This document shows, in pieces, positions 38,559 to 47,291 of a stretch of DNA of 64,000 nucleotides. A program made the position numbers and the translations under genes. Under the pieces are notes generated by a model. The model was not told where the DNA came from, made no database searches, and saw nothing but the letters and a program-made list of their open reading frames with translations. The stretch is taken from contig JAXMHN010000030.1 in the NCBI GenBank assembly GCA_046346765.1, forward strand, positions 9,345 through 73,344. The letters are read 5' to 3'. Source of the stretch: Verrucomicrobiota bacterium. Its GTDB lineage: Bacteria > Verrucomicrobiota > Verrucomicrobiia > Limisphaerales > SIBE01. Numbering within the stretch: position 1 is the first letter of the stretch; each line of letters begins with the position of its first letter.

Positions 38559-41393
38559 CTAGTGCGCTTCCAACCAGTTGTCGCCAGTCCCGATCTCGAC
38601 CACGATCGGCACATCCAGGGGGATGGCTGACTTCATTTTTTCTTCGATCAACGGACGCACCAGGGATTCCTCCGGCTTAAAGAGGTCAAAAACCAACTCG
38701 TCATGCACCTGGAGCAGCATCTGGGTGCGGCAACCCCGGGCGCTGAGTTCCTGGTGAATGTGGACCATCGCGATCTTGATCATGTCAGCTGCTGAACCCT
38801 GGATGGGCGCATTGATCGCGTTGCGTTCGGCAGCGCTCCGAATGGTCGCGTTGGCCGAACGAATATCGCGCAGATAGCGGCGCCGCCCTGTGACCGTCTC
38901 GGCGTAACCGTGCTCGCGGGCGAAGGCGACGGTATCCGTCATATAACGACGAATGCCTGGGAACTGGGCAAAGTACTCGTCCATAATGAGCGCTGCTTCG
39001 CGGCGCGGAATGGTCAAGCGCTGAGCCAGCCCGAAGGCGGAGATTCCATAGGCGATGCCATAATTGACCATCTTAGCCTTCCGGCGCATTTCGGCGGTCA
39101 CCTGCTCGAGTTCGACGCGGAAGACCCGGGCGGCTGTGGCGGTATGAATATCGATGTCCTTCTCGAATGCATCGAGCATGGCTGGTTCCCGTGTCAAGGC
39201 AGCAATGATGCGCAGCTCAATTTGCGAATAGTCGGCGGAGAGAAGAGCGAATTGGGGATCGCGGGGCACAAAGGCTTTGCGGATTTCCCGGCCGCGTTCG
39301 GTGCGGATGGGAATGTTTTGGAGATTGGGATTCTGGGAGTTCAAGCGGCCGGTTGCCGTGGCCGTTTGTTGGTAAGTGGTATGCACGCGGCCTGTTCGAG
39401 GCCAAACCGCCGGCGGGAGGGCATCGACATAAGTAGACTTCAATTTCGTCATGCCGCGATACTCAAGCAGACGCCGAACGATGTCGTGGTCGGGAGCCAG
39501 TTCGGCCAAAGTGCGTTCATCGGTGGCGTACTGGCCTGTCTTGGTCTTTTTCGGATTAGCGCAAATCTTCAGGACGTCAAAGAGGACGTCGCCCAATTGG
39601 CGGGCCGAGTTGAGATTAAATTCCCGACCAGCCAGGCGACAGATCTCTTTCTCTTCGGCATCGATCTGTTTAGCGAGCTGCCCCGCAAACTCGGACAGAG
39701 CCGGGGTGTCGAGCCGAACGCCAGCGGCTTCCATGTCGACCAGAACAGGGAGCAACGGGGCTTCAATTTCATAGTAGACTCTTTCCTGGCCTTTGGCTTT
39801 TAGTTGCGGTTCGAGGGTGGAGCGCAACTGCCACGCCAAATCGGCCCGTTCCGTGGCCCAAAGTGCCAATTGAGCGGGCGAGAGGATGTTTAAGCCGAGT
39901 TCGCCCGCTTTAGCCTCGCCGGCTAATTTGGCGGGTGAAGTGGGACTATAACCGAGAATGGACTCGGCGATGTAATCCAGGCTGTGGCGCATGTCCGGCT
40001 CGATCAGGCTGTGAGCCAGCGCGGTGTCAAAAACTCTGCCGCGCACCTTGATTCCATTCCAATGCAGGACACTGAAGGCGAATTTGAGATCGTGGCCGAT
40101 CTTTTCAATCCGTGCCTCCTCCAGCACTTCGCTGAAAACCGCCAGCAACTCGGCCGCGTTGCCGCCCGGAACAACGGGCGCATACCAACCCGACCACGGC
40201 TGAAAGGCGAAAGCCAGTCCCAGAACGCGCGCTTGTTTCGGATCGTCTGAATCCGTTTGGATCGCGAGAGAGATAGCGGGCTGCTGGAGCAGCGCGCGCC
40301 GGAGGGCGCGCTGCTCATCCGCGGTGGCCGCAAGCGCATATTGATGGGGAACGTCCGCGATCGTTTTGAGATTGGCCGCCGCGACCGCGGGTGGTTCTCC
40401 GTCCCGGTCTTCCTCCTCGCTGGAGTCGCGCCGTGGCTTTGCTTCCTTTGCTTTGGAGCTGTTTTCCGACCCGGTGCCGGCATCTGGAGCGCTTGGTTGA
40501 AAGCCACGACCGGCCTTGAAATCGGCGCCGAAGAGCCGGCGGCCCAGGCTGTTGAACTCGAACTCGATCAGGATGGGTTTGAGGGCCGCTTCGTCCGGCT
40601 CACGCAGGCGCAAGTCTTCAAACTCGACGGAGCAAGGCGCATGGCGGACGATCGTTGCCAGGCGTTTGGATAAGAGCGCCTGTTCCCGATGGGTTTCGAG
40701 CGCGCTTTTGACCTTGCCGGTTAGCTCACCGGTATGATCCAGCAGGTTCTCAACCGAGCCGTACTGAAGAATTAACTTGCTCGCGGTCTTTTCCCCGATG
40801 CCGGGAACGCCAGGGATGTTGTCGGTCGTGTCGCCCCAGAGAGCCAGGATGTCGATGACTTGGGTAGGGTTGTTAACGCCCCACTTGGCCAGCACCTCAG
40901 CCACGCCCAGGACCTCGACGGCATCGCCCATGCGTGAGGGTTTGTATAAATAGGTGTGCTCGGACACGAGTTGGCCAAAGTCCTTGTCGGCCGTGACCAT
41001 GTAAGAGGTGAAGCCCTCTTTTTCCGCTGCTTGCACGAGGGTGCCAATGACGTCGTCAGCTTCAAAGCCATCGCAGGTCAGGACTGGGATCCGGAAAGCT
41101 TCGAGCATGCGGCGGACGTGGGGAAGCGCCAGGGTGATGTCCTCTGGCATGGCTTGGCGTTGGGCCTTGTAACCGGCGAATTCCTTGTCCCGATGGGTCG
41201 GGGCGTCCGTGTCGAAGACCGCCACCAAATGAGTGGGTTGCTGGTTTTTGACAATTTCCAGCAGGGTTTGAGTGAAGCCGTAGAGGGCCGATGTATTGAC
41301 TCCTTTGGACGTGAAGATGGGCCGGGCGGCGAGGGCAAAGTGGGCTCGATAGACCAGCGCCAATCCGTCGAGAAGGAATAGTTTCTTCGGCAT
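38559..41393 (-). CDS. polA: DNA polymerase I
   Basis: 5'-3' exonuclease motifs (LDG..L.YRA, EADD, GD..DNIPGV.GIG.KTA) and polymerase motifs ADYSQIELR, R..AK.VNYG and QVHDEL. Confidence 0.98.
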   Translation of the reverse strand: MPKKLFLLDGLALVYRAHFALAARPIFTSKGVNTSALYGFTQTLLEIVKNQQPTHLVAVFDTDAPTHRDKEFAGYKAQRQAMPEDITLALPHVRRMLEAFRIPVLTCDGFEADDVIGTLVQAAEKEGFTSYMVTADKDFGQLVSEHTYLYKPSRMGDAVEVLGVAEVLAKWGVNNPTQVIDILALWGDTTDNIPGVPGIGEKTASKLILQYGSVENLLDHTGELTGKVKSALETHREQALLSKRLATIVRHAPCSVEFEDLRLREPDEAALKPILIEFEFNSLGRRLFGADFKAGRGFQPSAPDAGTGSENSSKAKEAKPRRDSSEEEDRDGEPPAVAAANLKTIADVPHQYALAATADEQRALRRALLQQPAISLAIQTDSDDPKQARVLGLAFAFQPWSGWYAPVVPGGNAAELLAVFSEVLEEARIEKIGHDLKFAFSVLHWNGIKVRGRVFDTALAHSLIEPDMRHSLDYIAESILGYSPTSPAKLAGEAKAGELGLNILSPAQLALWATERADLAWQLRSTLEPQLKAKGQERVYYEIEAPLLPVLVDMEAAGVRLDTPALSEFAGQLAKQIDAEEKEICRLAGREFNLNSARQLGDVLFDVLKICANPKKTKTGQYATDERTLAELAPDHDIVRRLLEYRGMTKLKSTYVDALPPAVWPRTGRVHTTYQQTATATGRLNSQNPNLQNIPIRTERGREIRKAFVPRDPQFALLSADYSQIELRIIAALTREPAMLDAFEKDIDIHTATAARVFRVELEQVTAEMRRKAKMVNYGIAYGISAFGLAQRLTIPRREAALIMDEYFAQFPGIRRYMTDTVAFAREHGYAETVTGRRRYLRDIRSANATIRSAAERNAINAPIQGSAADMIKIAMVHIHQELSARGCRTQMLLQVHDELVFDLFKPEESLVRPLIEEKMKSAIPLDVPIVVEIGTGDNWLEAH

Positions 41394-41586
41394 GGAGAAA
41401 CAATAAGCCTTCTTCCGCCACGCCGCGCAATCCTTTGCTGCTGGTGGCAATCTTAACAGCAAGCGGGAGCTTTACCTCGGGTAGCTTGGGTGTATTCTGT
41501 CCGCATCGTTACGCAATCGTTCGCCGTCCCAGCTGGTCGGGGCGATCCGCGGCCAGTGCACGAAAACCGAATCGACGCCTTTGGTT

Positions 41587-42651
41587 ATGTTACGAGCTAT
41601 CTTGTTCGCTGCTGTTCTATCAGGAAGTCTGCTGTCGCCCCTGTCGGCCGATGACCCTTCTCCCGCGGACAAGGCTTGGCAGGAATTGATCCAAGGCAGT
41701 GAGCCGCCCCAGCCTCCGGAAGGGTGGCAGGACACTCGGCCAAGCCCGGCCGATATCGAGGCGTTTCGCAAAAAGGAGACGGAGCGCCTTTGGCAAGCGG
41801 CGCGGAAGGCCCGCGAGTTTCCTACTCAGTTTCCCAAGGATTCCCGAATCGATCAGGCGCAATTCAAAGAATACGAGCTGCTTGGAATCGTTTTTCAGTT
41901 GGGCGACACGAATGCGCTCACCCGGTTGGATGAAATCGACGCCACGCGACTCAAAGACCCGCAAGTTTCCACCGACGAGCGGTTTCAGATTCGGGCTAAC
42001 GCGATCAATCGCACCGCCATGACCCGCATGAATGAAAGTCGCACGGCTGCTTTGGCCGAGTTGGAAGCAGGCGCACGGACGCTCTTGAAAGAATTTCCGG
42101 GAAAATCCGAACCCTACGAAATGCTCCAGATGGTGGCGCTCGAAAGCGACCCGGAGAAGGGCATCAAACTGGCTCAGGAATTATCGGAAAGCGGAGCCTC
42201 ACGCGCCGTCAAGGATGCGGTTCGGCCCTTGCTCAGATTGGGAAAGCCCATTCCGATTAAGTTCACGGCAATCAGCGGGCAGCCAGTGGATTTGGAGAAG
42301 CTCCGCGGCAAGGTCGTGTTGATCGATTTTTGGGCGACTTGGTGCGGGCCTTGTGTGCAGGAAGTTCCCAATGTTCGGGCGGCCTACACCAAGCTGCACC
42401 CAAAAGGCTTTGAGATTATTGGGATCAGCTTTGACCGCGACAAACAGAAGCTGCTGGAGTTTACCAAAGAGCAGAAAATGCCGTGGGCGCAGTATTTTGA
42501 CGGCAAGCAGTGGGACAATGAGTTCGGCAAGCAGTTTGAAGTCCAAAGCATTCCAGCGATGTGGCTGATCGATAAAAAGGGGAACCTGCGCGATCTGAAC
42601 GGCCGAGAAGATTTGGCGGGGAAGGTCGAGAAACTGCTGGCGGAACCCTGA
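41587..42651 (+). CDS. Secreted TlpA-family thiol-disulfide oxidoreductase with a helical N-terminal domain
   Basis: GKVVLIDFWATWCGPC and SIP..WLID..G motifs; signal peptide. Confidence 0.92.
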   Translation: MLRAILFAAVLSGSLLSPLSADDPSPADKAWQELIQGSEPPQPPEGWQDTRPSPADIEAFRKKETERLWQAARKAREFPTQFPKDSRIDQAQFKEYELLGIVFQLGDTNALTRLDEIDATRLKDPQVSTDERFQIRANAINRTAMTRMNESRTAALAELEAGARTLLKEFPGKSEPYEMLQMVALESDPEKGIKLAQELSESGASRAVKDAVRPLLRLGKPIPIKFTAISGQPVDLEKLRGKVVLIDFWATWCGPCVQEVPNVRAAYTKLHPKGFEIIGISFDRDKQKLLEFTKEQKMPWAQYFDGKQWDNEFGKQFEVQSIPAMWLIDKKGNLRDLNGREDLAGKVEKLLAEP

Positions 42652-42667
42652 GTCGACCGATTGAGTT

Positions 42668-43150
42668 ATGCGCATCAACGTTGGCATTGTCACCATCTCT
42701 GATCGGGCGTCGCGCGGTCTTTACGATGACCTGGGTGGCCCGGCGCTCAAGCAAGCGGCTGCAGGTTACGGTTGGCATGTTTTGGCGGAGGCATTGGTTC
42801 CGGATGAGAAGCGTGATATCCAGCGAGCTGTCCGCGAGCAGATCAATCAGGGGTGCCACGTGGTTCTGACGACAGGGGGCACAGGTGTGGCCCTGCGCGA
42901 TGTCACACCCGAGGCGGTCCGGGAGATCGCCATCCGCGAGTTGCCCGGTTTTGGCGAAGTGATGCGGATGGAATCGATGAAGATCACCAAAAACGCGATT
43001 CTCTCCCGAAACCTGGCCGCCGTCGTGGAGAAGGGGTTGGTTCTCTGTTTGCCCGGGAAGCCAAGCGGTGCCGTCGAGTGCCTTGGCTTCGTCAGCGGCG
43101 CTATCCCCCATGCTATCGAGGTGCTCCAAGAGGTGCCGACGAGCTGTTGA
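42668..43150 (+). CDS. mog: Molybdopterin adenylyltransferase (MogA/MoaB family)
   Basis: TISDR...Y.D..GP, TTGGTG...RDVTPEA, LPGFGE.MR and LPGKP motifs. Confidence 0.88.
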   Translation: MRINVGIVTISDRASRGLYDDLGGPALKQAAAGYGWHVLAEALVPDEKRDIQRAVREQINQGCHVVLTTGGTGVALRDVTPEAVREIAIRELPGFGEVMRMESMKITKNAILSRNLAAVVEKGLVLCLPGKPSGAVECLGFVSGAIPHAIEVLQEVPTSC

Positions 43151-43215
43151 CCCAGCCCGACGGGTCTGGGTGGAATGACTGGGCCGCCGCCACTTACTCA
43201 CCCCATCACCGCTTC

Positions 43216-44403
43216 ATGTCTCTGGAGACTCTCATTGCATCGGCCCTGGAACAAGGGGCAAGCGACCTCCACCTCGAACCTGGTTTGCCCGCGACCGTTC
43301 GCGTGCGCGGTTCACTCCGCAGCCTGAGCGACCCATGCAGCGCCCCCATTTTGGCTGAATGGGCGCGTGATTTGATCGGCGCCGAAGGTTGGCAACTTTT
43401 TCTGGAGCGCCGCTCATTCGATTGCTCCCAAACGATTGCGGGCGTCCGCTGCCGGATTAATGTCCTCCAATCGTCGCGCGGCATCGGCTTTGCGGTTCGG
43501 TTACTGGCTTCGTTTGAAGCCACCCTCGAGAGGCTGAATCTTCATCCGGACTTGCGGCGCCTGGTTAGCCATACCCATGGACTGATCCTGGTGAGCGGTC
43601 CAACCGGGAGCGGTAAATCATCGACCCTGGCCGCGCTGATTCAGGAGATCAACCTGACGGAAGCGCGTCATGTGGTGACAATCGAAAGTCCGATTGAATA
43701 CACCTTCCGCCCGCATCGCGCCTTGATTCGGCAGCGCGAGGTGGGCCGGGATACACCCAGCTTCGAGCAAGCTCTGCTCGATTCCTTGCGGGAAGATCCG
43801 GATGTGCTCATGGTCGGCGAAATGCGCGAGCCGGAGACGATGCGGCTGACTCTGAATGCCTCGGAGACGGGTCACTTGGTGTTGGCGACGGTGCATTCTT
43901 CAACCTGCGCGGAGGCGTTGCAGCGAATCGTGGCGGCCTTTCCTTCCGAGATCCAGGGGAGCGTTGCGGCCCAATTAGCTGACTGCCTGGTCGGCGTCAT
44001 CTCCCAGCGGCTGCGGTTTCGGGAGGCCCTGCAGATCCGCGTCCCGGAATGTGAGATCCTGATTCCGACTCATCCGATCAAAGCTTTCATTCGCAACCGA
44101 GATTTCTTTAAAATGATGTCGGTGCTTGAAACCGGCGCCGAACACGGCATGTGGACCTTCGACCGGTATCGGACCTGGTTGGATCGGCGGAAGAACTGGT
44201 TTGTTCCGGGAACGGAAGCGCCCTTGGACGGGGGCCAAGAACTGAGCCGGCCGCCCGCCGCGACGCCAGGGCCGCCCGCCGCGGGCAATGTGATTGGGGC
44301 AAGGGCTGACTCGACGCCGGCATCGAATGCGAGCGGGGCTAGTGGCGGCCGAATTGATATCGAACCGATAGCAAGTCCCTTTGGGAAGATCCTCAAACGA
44401 TAA
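43216..44403 (+). CDS. pilT: PilT/PilU-family type IV pilus retraction ATPase
   Basis: ASDLHL, GPTGSGKS, TIESPIEY, LREDPDV..VGEMR and TGHLVLATVH motifs. Confidence 0.82.
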   Translation: MSLETLIASALEQGASDLHLEPGLPATVRVRGSLRSLSDPCSAPILAEWARDLIGAEGWQLFLERRSFDCSQTIAGVRCRINVLQSSRGIGFAVRLLASFEATLERLNLHPDLRRLVSHTHGLILVSGPTGSGKSSTLAALIQEINLTEARHVVTIESPIEYTFRPHRALIRQREVGRDTPSFEQALLDSLREDPDVLMVGEMREPETMRLTLNASETGHLVLATVHSSTCAEALQRIVAAFPSEIQGSVAAQLADCLVGVISQRLRFREALQIRVPECEILIPTHPIKAFIRNRDFFKMMSVLETGAEHGMWTFDRYRTWLDRRKNWFVPGTEAPLDGGQELSRPPAATPGPPAAGNVIGARADSTPASNASGASGGRIDIEPIASPFGKILKR

Positions 44404-44408
44404 CGATT

Positions 44409-45374
44409 ATGTTGCCTCTTAATCGTCGTGACTTTCTGGCGGCAGCACTTCCACTCGCTTTGACGGCTCACGGCGTTGCGTCGCTTGCGCGGGGATTGAC
44501 GGCCCAGGCGGCGTCTCCGGCCGCGGCTGGTTCCGTGCGGCTGGGAGGACCCGTCTTCGTCAAGACCGAGGATCCGGACGAACTGGCCTTGGCTCATCGA
44601 AAGTTGGGCTACAGCGCCGCTTATTGTCCGCCCATCCCTTTGCATGACTCGGCGCGAATCCGCGCGGTTGAGAACGCCTTCGCCAAGCAGGGCGTCGTGA
44701 TCTCCGAGGTGGGCCGATGGGTCAACCTGCTGGATTCTGACCCACAGAAGCGAGCGGCCAATCTCAAGACTGTAACCGACGGTCTGGCCCTGGCGGAAGC
44801 GGTCGGGTCTTTCTGCTGCGTGGATATCGCTGGTTCGTTCAGCGCCCGGGAATGGTTCGGCCCTCACCCCGACAATCTATCGCCGAGATTTTTTGACGCA
44901 GCGGTCGAGAACGCCCGCAAGATCATTGACGCGGTCAAACCGAAACGAACCAAGTTCACTTATGAAATGATGGGCTGGGCTATTCCGGATGGGGCCGAGT
45001 CCTACCTGCGCCTGATCAAGGCGATCGATCGAAAGGCGTTCGCCGTTCATTTGGACCCATGCAATATCGTCAATTCACCCTCACGATTTTACCGCAACGC
45101 CGACGTGATCAATGAATGCTTCGACAAGCTCGGCCGCTGGATCGTCAGCTGCCATGCGAAGGACCTCACCTGGGACGTGGAAATGAATGTGCATTTTCGG
45201 GAGGTTCGACCTGGAGCCGGTGCCGTTGATTATTCGACTTATCTGCGTCGGCTGGCGGCCCTGGGCCAGCGTCCGCCCCTCATGTTGGAACATCTTCCGA
45301 CTGCCGCGGAGTACGACCAGGCGCGGGCGCATCTGGTGCAGTTGGGCGAGAGCCTCGGCATCCGGTTCGCGTGA
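44409..45374 (+). CDS. Tat-signal sugar phosphate isomerase/epimerase (TIM barrel)
   Basis: NRRDFL leader; YEMM, HLDPCN, HAKD and LEH motifs. Confidence 0.88.
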   Translation: MLPLNRRDFLAAALPLALTAHGVASLARGLTAQAASPAAAGSVRLGGPVFVKTEDPDELALAHRKLGYSAAYCPPIPLHDSARIRAVENAFAKQGVVISEVGRWVNLLDSDPQKRAANLKTVTDGLALAEAVGSFCCVDIAGSFSAREWFGPHPDNLSPRFFDAAVENARKIIDAVKPKRTKFTYEMMGWAIPDGAESYLRLIKAIDRKAFAVHLDPCNIVNSPSRFYRNADVINECFDKLGRWIVSCHAKDLTWDVEMNVHFREVRPGAGAVDYSTYLRRLAALGQRPPLMLEHLPTAAEYDQARAHLVQLGESLGIRFA

Positions 45375-46497
45375 GCCGCGCTTCTCGAACCCTTGCCGCC
45401 CCACTGCAATTGGCGGGTCGGACCGCTGTGGACGACGGACAACGAGAACTCCTGTATTTCGGCGGCTGCGACTATTACCGATTTTCGCGTGATCGCCGGT
45501 TGTTGGCCGTGTTGCGCCGGGCGACGGTTCGCTACGGGCTGTCCGTCTGTGCTTCCCGCACCACGACGGGAAATCACCCGCTCTACGGCGAGTTGGAAGT
45601 ACGGCTCGCCGACTTCTTCGGGGCACCGCGCGCGCTGGTGCTGCCCAGCGGTTATGGCGCCAATCTGGCCGTCGCCGAGGCTTTGCGCGGCCAAGTTCAG
45701 ACAGCTTTGATCGATGCAAAAGCCCATTATTCACTCTGGAGCGCAGCAGACGCCCTGGGCTGTGACGTTGTTCCTTTCCACCACCGGGATCCGGAAGATC
45801 TGCTTCGCGCGCTTCGTTGGAAGTCCGCTCCCGGCAGAGTCATTCTCCTCACCGACGGGATGTTCTCCTTGACCGGCCATGTGGCGCCGTTGCGCGATTA
45901 CCTTGCCGTGCTGCCGCGACAGGGGGTGGTTTTGGTCGATGACGCGCACGCCGCCGGCGTCCTCGGAGCGCACGGGCAGGGGACCCTGGAAGCCCAAGAG
46001 GTCGATCGTGTCCGGGTGATTCAGACGATCACCCTGAGCAAGGCCTTAGGTTGCTACGGCGGGGCGGTTTTGGGCTCGTCCTGGCTCTGTGATCAGGTCG
46101 CTGCCAAGTCGGCTGTTCGCGGGCAGCACTCAATCCCGCTACCTTTGGCGGCAATGGCGAGGGCAGCTTTGGATCGATTGAAAACCGATCCGTCCGTCGA
46201 GAACGCTGCAGCGGAGATGTCGCCGCCGTTCGCTGCGCCTTACAGACGACTGGTTTCCCAATCGGGGAGTCTCAAGCCCAATCATTGCGCTTCCCCGGCG
46301 CGGCCCGCAGATCGCGGACGGTGCAACGGGCCTGTTGGCGGCGAGCATCCGCTGCGTTGATGTCGCTACGGTTCCGGGCGCTGAAAGCGGTCGAGAGGCC
46401 TGTTTCCGCTGCGCTATTTCAAGCACACGGTCCGACAGTTGCGGCGGTTGGTGGAGATCCTCACGACCTGTCGAACCCAGTTGTCCGCCATGCGTAG
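45371..46497 (+). CDS. Alpha-oxoamine synthase (BioF-like) PLP enzyme; C-terminus frameshifted
   Basis: F...DY, ASR.TTG.H, SGY.AN, H.S, DGMFS..G, DDAH..G.LG..G.G and TLSKALG..GG motifs. Confidence 0.8.
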
Positions 46498-46508
46498 GTT
46501 GGGCCGGA

Positions 46509-47214
46509 TTAAAAGCGGAAATTCCATTCTGGCTGGCCATGCGCCAGCATTGTGGCGCGATGATCCGGTCATGAGGAGCCAACAAGCGGTTCATTGGGCG
46601 CCCCAGATTTCACGGAGGGCGTGCTTGACCGCGGCAGAGGCGATCGACAGGTTTGCAGGAACTCAAGATGGGCACGACTGGCTCGATAGTCAGGCTGTTT
46701 GGAGGAGGGCGGAGCAGGTCTTGAATCAGCTGGAGATTGAAATCCAGGAGAGCTCCCGTGAGCAGGGGCGGACGCGCCGCTGGGCGTTGCCGGAGAACTT
46801 GCGATTGCCCGGGTGAATCCGTATGACCTTGGATTTGAACCGGCGCCCGGAGGAGCGGGGCTAGAGCCTTCTGGTTCTTCCCCATTACATAACGATTGGT
46901 GCTGTTAACCGTGGCGAAGGCCGGGTCGGCCGTGTTTAAAACAAAGGCTGAATTCAGGCAGGCCTGAACCTGCACGACCGCGCCCCCACCAGTGCACCGG
47001 CGCAAGACCGGAATGCCGCGATCTCGACATATGGCCAGGTGCACTTCGCCGGCGCTCGACCTCGTTGGCATAGCCAACGACGACGAACAGGTCGGCTGAT
47101 TCCAGACTCCTGCAGAGGACGGGACCAAATTCGCCGTCGTCGCATCCGTCCACCAGTGCTTCGTCGCAGGCCAGGTTGGCTGGCGGCGCGGGTAGAGAGG
47201 TCCAGGTATTTCAT
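46509..47214 (-). CDS. Lipoate-protein ligase A family protein; several frameshifts
   Basis: Fragments MKYLDL, VVVGYAN, LRRCTGGGAV, RKFSGNAQRR, LLDFNL, PDYR and EWNFRF*; divergent from the PDH genes. Confidence 0.82.
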
Positions 47215-47291
47215 TTGTGAAGGAGCCGAGGAACTACCGCGTCGGCGGTCCACGAGGACAAACGCGAACAGGAAAGATTGACGGCGAAAGC

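Noticed and set aside
42853..43215. N-terminal extension of PilT in the ORF track
   Set aside because: It overlaps mog in another frame; PilT similarity starts at ATG 43216.
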